64,000 nt of DNA from Patescibacteria group bacterium (lineage in GTDB: Bacteria; Patescibacteriota; Patescibacteriia; UBA10025; JAHIVO01), in the NCBI GenBank assembly GCA_028718605.1, contig JAQULM010000002.1, forward strand, positions 193,776-257,775. The letters run 5' to 3'. Positions 47,027-56,052 of this stretch are shown piece by piece (the first letter of the stretch is position 1; each line of letters starts with the position of its first letter). Under the pieces are notes generated by a model. It saw only the letters and a program-made list of their open reading frames with translations. It ran no database searches and was not told the origin of the DNA. A program made the position numbers and the translations under genes.

Positions 47027-47740
47027 TTACGTTTTTTTCAAGAACTTTGACAGCCGTGCGATATCTGATGGATTCCCAAAATCCATCCAGTAGTTCGAAA
47101 GCTCTATGACCTTCATTTTTCGCTCAGCCGCAAGAAGTGTAATAGCGTCAGTAATTTCATACTCGCCCCGCGGCGAGAGCGTGATCCGGTCAATCGCCGG
47201 GAAAATATCAGGCGTGAATTTATAAATGCTTACATTCGCAAGATCGCTCACAAACGTCTGGGGCTTCTCAACGATCCGCTCAAGGTGCCCAGCGGAATCC
47301 GTAACAAGCACGCCCATGCGCTCCGGGTGGTCGGTCTTCGTTGCACCGACGTATGAATACTGGTCATCGCGCATGAATTGCTTGATGTCATCTGTAGCGT
47401 AGAAATTATCCCCCGCTACGGAGAGAAATTGCTCGGCACCAATGATGTCCCGCATAAGCTTCACGGGCAACGCCGTGCCGTATACGCCCTCGCCCAACAC
47501 TGCGAACTGGTTGATAACCCGGATCGGGCACGAATAGGTACGGGCGAACTCCTCGATAAACTCCGCCTGGTAACCCGCGACGATAAAAAACTTTTGCAAG
47601 CCCGCGGCGCGCAAATTTTCAAGCAGGTACCACAGGAACGGCTTGCCGTTCACATGAATCATGTGCTTCGGCTTGTTCTTGGCGAGGTGCTTCATGCGCG
47701 TCCCCCGTCCTGCAGCTGAAATGACGACCGTCGAGATCAT
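47027..47740 (-). CDS. Sugar-phosphate nucleotidyltransferase
   Basis: SAAGRGTRM...KPK, IVEKP, SPRGEYEITDA, WMDFG; start MISTVV. Confidence 0.9.
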   Translation of the reverse strand: MISTVVISAAGRGTRMKHLAKNKPKHMIHVNGKPFLWYLLENLRAAGLQKFFIVAGYQAEFIEEFARTYSCPIRVINQFAVLGEGVYGTALPVKLMRDIIGAEQFLSVAGDNFYATDDIKQFMRDDQYSYVGATKTDHPERMGVLVTDSAGHLERIVEKPQTFVSDLANVSIYKFTPDIFPAIDRITLSPRGEYEITDAITLLAAERKMKVIELSNYWMDFGNPSDIARLSKFLKKT

Positions 47741-47776
47741 AGTGGCTATCCGCAAACGATCAGGATAATCAATGAT

Positions 47777-48814
47777 TTACGAGCCCGACCGCACGGTGCG
47801 GGCGATTGAATACAGTGTATACCACGGTTTTCGCAAAATCAAATCATACGCCCCGAGGTAGGAAACGCCATGCCCGCCGAAGCCTTTCTTGAACCGTGTG
47901 ATGCCCCCCCAGTCTTCCGTGCCGCGGACCGGATCGGTTTCCGGGGCAACACCCCAAAAATCGTACTGCCGGAACCCGAGTTTCTTCGCGTGCTCGATCT
48001 GGTTCCACTGCAGGAGGTGAGGCGCCATAACGTTACGGTGCTCATTGGCGGACGCGCCGTGCAGGTAGGTTGCCGTGTCACCAAACAGGGCGACAAGGTT
48101 GCACGCAATCGCCGTCCCATTATGCTCTGCGATGAATAATTTCAATACCCCTGCGGGCGCCAGAACGGACTGCATCGCGCGGTAGTGCTCGGGAGAATGC
48201 GACACAAACCTATCGCGAATGCTCGTCTGGTCATTGAGTTTCAAGAATTTCTCAAGATCTTCTGCGCTTTCCGAGCAGCGGACAGTGACCCCGTGCTTCT
48301 GCGCGAGCCGGATATTGTACCGCGTCTTCGGGTGCATCCCCCGCTGCAGCTCGCTTCCGGATTTTGTGAGGTCCAGGAGCCACGTATCCTGTGGCTGGAC
48401 AAAAGCGGCATGCCGGGGATTGAAGGTACTCGATGCGGTGTCAAAGACAGCCCTGCTCTGTTTTTCTATCGGCGGCTCGATCTTCACGAACATAGCCCCG
48501 CGCTGCCGCGCATGTTCAACCACTGCCGCGACCAACGTTCGTAATACTTCCACGTAGCGATCCACGGGCAGCCGCGCGTCCACCACCGGCCCGCGCGGGC
48601 AGTACAAATACGTCCTGCCAAACGCAACGCTCCGGAGGATACATTGAACCGTACCAAGAAGTTTCCCGTGGTCCTCAACGCCAATGCGTCTGATTCCGCG
48701 CCCCATCCGCTCCTGAAACATTCCCCACTGCCAGGACTGTAAAAACTGGGCGCTTCCCTGAGTGCCCACAAATTCATTGAACACTTGCTCGCTCGTGATT
48801 TCTTTGACTTCCAT
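47777..48814 (-). CDS. FemABX/MurM-family peptidoglycan bridge aminoacyltransferase
   Basis: FLQSWQWG, YCPRGP, KTRYNIR.A.K.GV, YLHGAS, YDFWG, GITRFKKGFGG. Confidence 0.92.
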   Translation of the reverse strand: MEVKEITSEQVFNEFVGTQGSAQFLQSWQWGMFQERMGRGIRRIGVEDHGKLLGTVQCILRSVAFGRTYLYCPRGPVVDARLPVDRYVEVLRTLVAAVVEHARQRGAMFVKIEPPIEKQSRAVFDTASSTFNPRHAAFVQPQDTWLLDLTKSGSELQRGMHPKTRYNIRLAQKHGVTVRCSESAEDLEKFLKLNDQTSIRDRFVSHSPEHYRAMQSVLAPAGVLKLFIAEHNGTAIACNLVALFGDTATYLHGASANEHRNVMAPHLLQWNQIEHAKKLGFRQYDFWGVAPETDPVRGTEDWGGITRFKKGFGGHGVSYLGAYDLILRKPWYTLYSIARTVRSGS

Positions 48815-48817
48815 GGC

Positions 48818-49402
48818 CTAGTGTTTTTTGCCGAGAATTTTGAGCGCTGCCTTGAGGCGGTCCTCAACATTCGCGATACGCTGGTCAATGGACCGGACCG
48901 CGTGCCGCGCCTGCCTTCCTGTGTACCCGAGCCCGGTGAGAGCGTCAATAACATCGCTGTCTGCTGTTGCACCGCTCACCGCTTCACCGTCTACCGTAAT
49001 GCCCTCCCCGACTTTGCCGCGGAGTTCAAGAACCAAGCGCTCTGCCGTTTTCCTGCCAATGCCGGAAACCTTGGTCAGGAGCGCCGTATCACCCTGTGCA
49101 ATCGCGCGCTTCAGCTCCCCGACCGGCGCCAGCGACATGATCGTGAGCGCGGTCTTGGGCCCGATGCCGGTAACGCCAATGAGTTGCTCAAAAAACGACA
49201 ATTCCTCTACAGCACCAAACCCATACAGGTCGTGGATGTCCTCGCGCACGTATTCGTGCGTGTGTAATATGACAGTGCCGGCGATCTTCAACTTCCCTAA
49301 AAACGCCGGCGTACTGTACACACGATATCCGACTCCGTGTACATCGACGATCACCGAGCGTTCTGCAATTACCTGAATAGTTCCTTCAATGCGTGCGATC
49401 AT
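48818..49402 (-). CDS. ruvA: Holliday junction branch migration protein RuvA
   Basis: DVHGVGY, VREDIHDLYGF, V.GIGPKTA, SGIGRKTAERLVLEL. Confidence 0.97.
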   Translation of the reverse strand: MIARIEGTIQVIAERSVIVDVHGVGYRVYSTPAFLGKLKIAGTVILHTHEYVREDIHDLYGFGAVEELSFFEQLIGVTGIGPKTALTIMSLAPVGELKRAIAQGDTALLTKVSGIGRKTAERLVLELRGKVGEGITVDGEAVSGATADSDVIDALTGLGYTGRQARHAVRSIDQRIANVEDRLKAALKILGKKH

Positions 49403-49528
49403 AGTGAAGTCAGTATATCAAAAAAAATGGCTAAAATAAACGGGGGGCGCGTGCGGACGCGTCCCCCTCGGAACAATCTTAGAATACGGTGCTAGCACCC
49501 GGCTAGAGAGCAATTAGCTGCTGTGCCC

Positions 49529-50470
49529 TCAGCCTTCGGCCTTCTTCTCACCTTCGGGCGGAACGGCGGTATCGGTCTCATCAACCTTCACGGGTTCGGC
49601 AGCAACGGCATCGGCCGGCCCTACGATCTTCACGTTGACCACCACTTCGCACGAATCCGAACCGACGCTGTTGGTGGCGCATACGGTGAGCGTCACCGTA
49701 CCGGCTTCGGAAACTTTGAACGTCAGTTTGTCGTCGGCCCACGCACCGCCGAAAGCTCCTTCGACGGACACGTCGATAATCTCGCCCTGGATCGGCAATG
49801 CTACGGTGACGATACCGGCAACCGGAATCGTCGTTTCGATCGGCCCATCCGGCTTGGTGATGGCCGGCGCAACCGCCGCTTTGACGGCTTCTTCCGGCGG
49901 GGCTTCGTCAACCTTCGCGGTCACGGCGGTCTGGTCAGTCGTCTCGGCGGATCCGACACCATCGCCGTCATTCTCGAGAATGGCCTGGGCTGCGGCGGCA
50001 TCTTCGGGCGTGATCGGCGCTTCGATCGCGACATCGATTCGCACCATCTCGGTGGTCTCCTTATTGCCGTTCTTCGCGGTAACCTCGATCGTGTACACGC
50101 CCGCCTCGGTGACGATGAAGAACAGACTTCCGTCGGCCCACCACGTGTTTTCGGCGTTGGTGGTCACGTCAATCGAATCATCGATGGCCAGCTTAACGCT
50201 GGTCTCGCCGGGCCCCTTGACTGTGAGCGGAATCGGCTCATCCGGAACGTGGATGACCGGTTGCGCAACCTTTTCGGGCTCGGCCGCCGCGGTTTCGTCC
50301 ACTTCGATTACGAAATCACCGGACAGCACCCGCCGTATGACCGGTTTCGCCAGATCAGCAGCCGCTAAAGCGGCTACGCTACTGTCGCAGTCCGGAAAAA
50401 CCTTCCGAACTACCTCAGCGGCCGCGTCTAATGCAAGACGCATCGATTCCTTCAATTCCACAATCTTCAT
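49529..50470 (-). CDS. Acidic orphan protein with two Ig-like beta repeats
   Basis: SD GAGGAGG; repeats WADGSLFF..TEAG.YTIEVTAKN and WADDKLTF..SEAG.VTLTVCATN. Confidence 0.8.
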   Translation of the reverse strand: MKIVELKESMRLALDAAAEVVRKVFPDCDSSVAALAAADLAKPVIRRVLSGDFVIEVDETAAAEPEKVAQPVIHVPDEPIPLTVKGPGETSVKLAIDDSIDVTTNAENTWWADGSLFFIVTEAGVYTIEVTAKNGNKETTEMVRIDVAIEAPITPEDAAAAQAILENDGDGVGSAETTDQTAVTAKVDEAPPEEAVKAAVAPAITKPDGPIETTIPVAGIVTVALPIQGEIIDVSVEGAFGGAWADDKLTFKVSEAGTVTLTVCATNSVGSDSCEVVVNVKIVGPADAVAAEPVKVDETDTAVPPEGEKKAEG

Positions 50471-50833
50471 CGAGTACTCCTCCTCTGCTCATCCTGAGCA
50501 ATTGATACGGTGCTTGGTTGTACCCTTTCTAAAATAAAAAAAGGGCGGTTTGTGTTGGTATTATTCCCCAATCCTACAGTATCAATCCGATGTGTCAAGG
50601 CTATGATCCAATAAAAAATATAGTTAATAGTAGGATCGATTTGATAGGGGCGGGGTCCGGGGGCTTCATTAAGCAACTCCAAACGGTAGTTCGGCAGGAA
50701 TCAGGCAAGCGCATTGAAGCCCCCGGCGGTTCTTTTCTATCACTTTTCTTGACGCCAAGAAAAGTGACATACATAAAAACTATGATTTCTGCATGTCTGC
50801 GCCAAAGAATCGTTTCTATGCTATCATTGGAAC

Positions 50834-52315
50834 ATGGAACGCGCATCCGGAATTCTTCTGCATATAACGTCGCTCCCGTGCCCGTACGGCACCGGTGATT
50901 TCGGGCCTGAGGCGTATCGCTTCGTTGATTTCCTCCAGTCCGCCGGACAGAAAATCTGGCAGGTTTTGCCGCTGAACAATCCTGACCCTCTTGGGTCGCC
51001 ATACGCCTCTGTTTCATCCGCTGCGCTGAACACCCTGCTCATAAGCCCCGACCAGCTTGTTTCAGACGGATTGCTCCCGAAAAACGCCCTGCCAAAACCA
51101 GCGCCCGTGCAACTGGTAGACTATGGCATGGTAAAATTGCAAAAAACCCTCCTTGTCCAAAAATCCTACAGCCACTTCATGGGCCACGCATCGCAGGAGC
51201 AGAAAAAAAACTTCGCTGCATTCCAACAGGCGCAAGATGGGTGGCTTCCCGACTTTTCGCTGTTCATGGCGCTGAAAGACCACCACGCCAGCAAACCATG
51301 GCACCAGTGGCCGCAGGAGCTCGCGAACCGGCAGCCTGAATCGCTCTCGAAATGGGCAAAAAAATTGGCCCATGAAATTGCAGTGCACGAATACGGCCAG
51401 TGGCTCGCATTCAGCCAGTGGGAACGATTAAAACGGTACACGAACGAACACGGCGTCGTAATTATTGGCGACCTGCCGTTCTTTGTCGGCCGCGACAGCG
51501 TTGACGTTTGGACAAACAAACAACTGTTCCTTATGGGCGCAGATAACAAACCAACGTTTGTTTCGGGAGTCCCGCCGGACTACTTCTCGAAGCGCGGCCA
51601 GCGCTGGGGCGAACCGCAGTACGACTGGGGTGCAATGCAAAAAACCGGCTTTGCGTGGTGGATCGAGCGCTTTCAGCGGCTCCGGCAACTCTACGATATT
51701 ATCCGGCTTGACCACTTCCGGGGCTACCATGCGCTCTGGTATGTCCCCTCCGGCGCGAAAACCGCGCGTATCGGCGAGTGGCGTGATGTGCCTGGCGAAA
51801 AACTTTTCGCGACACTCCTTGCCCAAACAAAAAAACTCCCCTGCATTGCGGAAGACCTCGGTTTCATGACCGACAGCGCCTATGCACTCCGCGATTCCCT
51901 CAAGCTCCCGGGCATGCGCATACTTCTGTTTGCGTTCTCCGGCTATGCCGATAGCCCCCACCTGCCGGAAAATTTCGTTACCAACTGCGTATGCTATACC
52001 GGTTCGCATGATAACGACACGGCCCGCAGCTGGGTAACCAAAACCGGCCGTGCCATCGAACGGCACAACGCCCGCGTGTACACCAGCGCGTCGAATGAGG
52101 AATTTGCGTGGAAACTTATTAAAGCGGGTATGCATTCAAAAGCGGACACGTTCATCGCGCCCATGCAGGACGTTCTCAACCTCGGCGCTGAAGCGCGCAT
52201 GAACAAGCCGTCAACCAAGCGCGGTAACTGGCTGTGGCGGATGCAGCCGAATACACTGACTCAATACCTCTCCGACAAGCTCCGAAAATTGACTGAATCG
52301 GCTGGGCGCGGATAA
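50834..52315 (+). CDS. malQ: 4-alpha-glucanotransferase (GH77)
   Basis: RASGILLHITSLP, WQVLPL, IRLDHFRG, IAEDLG, YTGSHDNDT, RMN.P....GNW.WR. Confidence 0.97.
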   Translation: MERASGILLHITSLPCPYGTGDFGPEAYRFVDFLQSAGQKIWQVLPLNNPDPLGSPYASVSSAALNTLLISPDQLVSDGLLPKNALPKPAPVQLVDYGMVKLQKTLLVQKSYSHFMGHASQEQKKNFAAFQQAQDGWLPDFSLFMALKDHHASKPWHQWPQELANRQPESLSKWAKKLAHEIAVHEYGQWLAFSQWERLKRYTNEHGVVIIGDLPFFVGRDSVDVWTNKQLFLMGADNKPTFVSGVPPDYFSKRGQRWGEPQYDWGAMQKTGFAWWIERFQRLRQLYDIIRLDHFRGYHALWYVPSGAKTARIGEWRDVPGEKLFATLLAQTKKLPCIAEDLGFMTDSAYALRDSLKLPGMRILLFAFSGYADSPHLPENFVTNCVCYTGSHDNDTARSWVTKTGRAIERHNARVYTSASNEEFAWKLIKAGMHSKADTFIAPMQDVLNLGAEARMNKPSTKRGNWLWRMQPNTLTQYLSDKLRKLTESAGRG

Positions 52316-52383
52316 AAAAACGGAGCCGCCCAGAAAACCAAGCGACTCCATTATTCGGTTTCTTGCCGTCCGTGCCTGTTTTG

Positions 52384-52851
52384 TTAAACAAGCTCGTCGG
52401 TAAGGCGCACAGGAATGGCAGTATCGACGGTTGCGTAACCACTCCCAAACCTGAACTCGTTGCCACGGAACATGATGTACACTTGCTCGCGGCTCAAGCC
52501 GACCTCGACGCCAGAAGCCTCGAACTTCTCGAACTCACACAACTTCCGCCCCTCGACATACAGGGTCGGGTAATTGTCGTGGTCAGTCTGTTCCCTGATC
52601 CCGTTGTCAAAAACGACGGTGACGTCTTCGACCGCGAACCGGGGCCGTCGGGCTTCCAGGGATTCCGGATAGTACATATTGCACGTGTGTGCAATTGCCT
52701 TCCAAAAAACCGCGAGACTGTCGGCGGTCGGTACGGGGGCACCACGTCCGGTAGCATACCGAATGCAGTCGAAAATGATCGGCCGCAGTGCGCTAATGAT
52801 CAGTTCCGCATCCCATGCGTTGATGCGTACGATGCGCTGTCTATTCATCAA
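52384..52851 (-). CDS. Orphan hypothetical protein (155 aa)
   Basis: SD AGGAG; promoter TTGACA-17-TAGTTT (~52928-52956). Confidence 0.65.
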   Translation of the reverse strand: MMNRQRIVRINAWDAELIISALRPIIFDCIRYATGRGAPVPTADSLAVFWKAIAHTCNMYYPESLEARRPRFAVEDVTVVFDNGIREQTDHDNYPTLYVEGRKLCEFEKFEASGVEVGLSREQVYIMFRGNEFRFGSGYATVDTAIPVRLTDELV

Positions 52852-52980
52852 TCACTCCTATTGTTTCGAATTCACCAAATCGAGTATCGTTCGCGCCTTC
52901 CGCAATATTAAGAAAGGGCGATGTACAAAACTAGCACATCACCAGTGATATGTCAAGGGTACAATAAGCTAAACGATGGG

Positions 52981-53193
52981 TTACCGCTTCGCAATTTCCG
53001 TGCGCCTCATGTCAGTTTTGGACAAACCATGTGGCCTCTTTAAATCTTCCATCTCCCGCTCCTTCGCCAATTCATCTAAAATTCTTTGGTCTTCCTCTTT
53101 TTTCTCATCTACTTCTCTTGAAACCCGCTCCTGCATTTTGCGAATTTCTCGCTCGGGCATTCCAAATCCTGAAAAATCCCTGCGTTCTGGCAT
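52981..53193 (-). CDS. Small charged hypothetical protein (70 aa)
   Basis: E/K/R-rich helical ORF with AT-rich upstream region. Confidence 0.55.
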   Translation of the reverse strand: MPERRDFSGFGMPEREIRKMQERVSREVDEKKEEDQRILDELAKEREMEDLKRPHGLSKTDMRRTEIAKR

Positions 53194-53496
53194 AATATTG
53201 GTATTAATAATTACAAACTCCTCGTACCCTCCTCATTGTACCATAAAAATGATATACTGGAGCGGCTCATTTTTTACTGAATGCAATGATGAAATTCAAA
53301 CTCCACTCACCGATCTGACCCACGTGCGAATAAAAAAATACCTTAGTATATACAGCCGAGGCATTTTATTCTTCTCACCCCAAGGCGGGCCGGTGGAGAG
53401 AGTGTCAGTCTACAAATAAATGTATACCAACGACCGACCCGGCCTGGGAAGACAAATCTCTGTTTCACTCCACCAATTACTTGATGAGCTGGAAAA

Positions 53497-53558
53497 GAGA
53501 GAGGAGACAGACAAGCGTGCGGGCCCGTCTGCCTCCTCGTGAAGCCTGTCGACTGTGC
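53497..53558 (-). repeat. Hairpin direct repeat, copy 1
   Basis: 40-bp exact match (53497-53536) to 54385-54424 plus a degenerate 22-bp extension. Confidence 0.9.
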
Positions 53559-53582
53559 AATCGCAACGCAGCTTCTTTAATG

Positions 53583-54260
53583 CTACCAGTTTACAACGAC
53601 CGGTTGGTCGTTATCCATTCCCCAGACCGCTTCAACGGTGTGGGAGGTTAAGTTTCCACATCCCCATGCCTCGGGGACGCGGATAATCCTTCTCCGTTCA
53701 GCAGGTGCCGAACGGAAAACAATATCCCACCCAGGCTTTTCCGGCGGAGCGGATTGATCAAAGTCGGAGGAGGACTCCTCCTTCTCCGACTTTTCCGGTA
53801 CATACCGGGTTAGACGGAACCCTTCAGACACCTCAATATCGGCTTTCTTCCGATATTGTAATGCCAGTCGAGGTTCATTTTCCTTGTAAAGTAGGGTGGC
53901 ATAGGCCAGCCCCTGATGCCATAACAGCACTAGTTGATCCCCGAGCTCGGGGACGAGCCTGGCGACCATCTGGGCGACTTCCGCTGCCCAGGATCTTGGG
54001 ACTATCGCGGTAATCGCACCGCGATCATCCCAGGCGATCCCTCCGGTCAAGGGGACGATTTCCCCAAGGAGGGTTGCGAGGGACCCTCGCATGGCACTTC
54101 CCCCATCAAGCGATGAGGGATGCCAAGTTAGGCTGGCGCCACCAATAATATGGCGGCACCCATTTGAGTATTGGATCACGGAAATTTCGTCGTGATCACG
54201 TTGTACAAACACTCTATCACCCGAACGTGGGTGATAGACGAATTCAACGTTCATATTCAC
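53583..54260 (-). CDS. Orphan hypothetical protein (~225 aa; start revised)
   Basis: SD GGAGG before GTG-AAT-ATG at 54260; the track's longer start runs through repeat copy 2. Confidence 0.65.
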   Translation of the reverse strand: MNMNVEFVYHPRSGDRVFVQRDHDEISVIQYSNGCRHIIGGASLTWHPSSLDGGSAMRGSLATLLGEIVPLTGGIAWDDRGAITAIVPRSWAAEVAQMVARLVPELGDQLVLLWHQGLAYATLLYKENEPRLALQYRKKADIEVSEGFRLTRYVPEKSEKEESSSDFDQSAPPEKPGWDIVFRSAPAERRRIIRVPEAWGCGNLTSHTVEAVWGMDNDQPVVVNW

Positions 54261-54384
54261 GTTTCCTCCACGCCCACACGGTAAAAACCAGCGGGACTTT
54301 GTTTGTTTTTTCTTCTGCCCGAACCGTTGTGGTCCAAGCTTTTTCCCATGTTTCAATCTGCGAAAGATTTCACAAACTGAAATT

Positions 54385-54446
54385 GAGAGAGGAGACAGAC
54401 AAGCGTGCGGGCCCGTCTGCCTCCCCATAAGGCCATCTGGTTGTGC
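54385..54446 (-). repeat. Hairpin direct repeat, copy 2
   Basis: GAGAGAGGAGACAGACAAGCGTGCGGGCCCGTCTGCCTCC on the + strand, directly after the stop of 54446..54916. Confidence 0.9.
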
Positions 54447-54916
54447 TAACCAGCGGCCTCCCATTCTTTCACTCGCCGCTCAATCGCAGCGGCGACCTCG
54501 GGGAGGGCTTCATCCCCTCGCCCGTAACCAATGAGAGGGGCGATTTCCCTCCCATCAGTAATTTCTAGGCTGACTCGCATCTTTCGACGCGAGAACCTCT
54601 CGTCCACCCACCGGAGGCGGATGCCTATTGGCCGCCACCAGGTGGTTCCGTCACTATGTGTAAGCCCCCCTAAGCGGAGCCGTACATACGTTCCACCTGG
54701 CCACCAATAATCGATGACTAGGCAGTCGTCGAAGTCCCATTGGTCCTTCAACTCCTCTGGTAGAGGAGCTCCCCGCAGCGTTATCCGCCGCGGATTATTC
54801 AAATTTTTGGGCAGCACTTGGCCCAAAAATTCGTTCCGGCGTAGCCTTGCGACCACGCCTGAAATTGTAAATATCCCCTCCCAAGCTGGGAATGGGATCG
54901 ATATGGTAGCTTTCAT
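54446..54916 (-). CDS. Orphan Trp/Arg-rich hypothetical protein (156 aa)
   Basis: G-rich SD (AAGGGGGGT) before ATG; followed by repeat copy 2. Confidence 0.65.
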   Translation of the reverse strand: MKATISIPFPAWEGIFTISGVVARLRRNEFLGQVLPKNLNNPRRITLRGAPLPEELKDQWDFDDCLVIDYWWPGGTYVRLRLGGLTHSDGTTWWRPIGIRLRWVDERFSRRKMRVSLEITDGREIAPLIGYGRGDEALPEVAAAIERRVKEWEAAG

Positions 54917-54929
54917 ACGCTACCCCCCT

Positions 54930-55862
54930 TGTTTTTCGGCAACAGCTGGTTGCCGAGGGTTTTTGTTCCACCCCAACCCGTAATTGGGTGGGCTGTTTCT
55001 TTCATTTTTCAAGTTGGTTTCCCAACTGCAACCCCCACTACCATGAGTAATGGAGGCGCGCACTTAGGGCTAGGCCGCGTCTCGTTCACCGTGTTCCCGT
55101 GCCGCGAACTTGTATATGCGGCAGGGGAATTTTGGATTCCTGACAACGGACTAGCTGGTCGGCTTGAGATTTTCCATTAACCTCTCTCCTCATTGATCCG
55201 TTTCCTGACCGGTACAAGCAATGGTCGGGTGGCGGATCCTATAATTCCAAATGGAAAACTTCAAACACTGACATGGTCCTTCATAGCTTTATGCGAAGAA
55301 GGACAAAAGAACATAACAAAAGAACGATCACTCTATTTTTGAGTGTACTCGGGAGACAAAAGCTGTTTTCTCCCGGATACACCCGCCAATATAAAACGGG
55401 CCCAATCACTTTATGAGAGAGCCCGTTTTATTGACTGGATATTGTCATAGATAAAAAAATAATCTACAACGCTCTCAATGGCTTTCGCCACTGTGGTCAC
55501 CATGTCCATTTCCTCTCCAAAACGGACGAAGGCGCTCTCTCCACGCAGCCCCGAGCGATTCCCTGGGCTGCGGTACACTATTTAATTTTCAAATTGCTAC
55601 CCTCTCCTCTCGGTTGATACTCTTCACTGGTTTCTCCCGCATGCCTGCGGGAGAAGGACACTGACGAGTATCGCCGTACATCCGTCCGTGGTATATCGAG
55701 GGCTACCTCTCTCCTGCCGTAACCCTCAATATATCAGCTGGAAATGGATGGACAGTGATGAGCCTGCGTAGCTGGCCGTCTCCTGTTAGATAACCGGCTA
55801 TCACGTATGGCTTTCAGTGCGATGTAAGGTGCTTTGGCGAAAGAACAAATTTTTTACGTAAC
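54930..55862 (-). ncRNA. Candidate large structured RNA or leader (~950 nt)
   Basis: More than 10 hairpins, G-U wobbles on the minus strand, repeated AGGAGAG motif, no long minus-strand ORF, consensus promoter upstream. Confidence 0.5.
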
Positions 55863-55867
55863 AGGGC

Positions 55868-55896
55868 AGTATATACCTATGTACTTTTTATGTCAA
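55868..55896 (-). promoter_or_regulatory. Near-consensus sigma70 promoter facing the structured region
   Basis: TTGACA-17 nt-TATACT. Confidence 0.75.
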
Positions 55897-55989
55897 TCTC
55901 TATTGCCACAACTTATACACTAAACGTTATTAATCATTGATAATAGTATTATTCGCACTCAATTTATTGAATATATATGTCAAAAATAT

Positions 55990-56018
55990 TTGACATTGAT
56001 TATGAAGCATGCTATTAT
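55990..56018 (+). promoter_or_regulatory. Divergent promoter of the TrmB-like gene
   Basis: TTGACA-17 nt-TATTAT; the -35 is one arm of the palindrome TGTCAAA-AATA-TTTGACA. Confidence 0.6.
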
Positions 56019-56052
56019 TACCCTACTGATTGAGTATTAATCCGCTTTTTCT

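Noticed and set aside
46631-47109. ORFs overlapping tRNA-Arg and the palindromic region
   Set aside because: Explained by the tRNA and GC-rich hairpins; no protein-like signal
53497-54446. 40-bp repeats as a CRISPR array or integron attC sites
   Set aside because: Only two copies 888 bp apart, no cas or intI gene, no clear RYYYAAC/GTTRRRY boxes; the pairing relies on G-U, which is RNA-like
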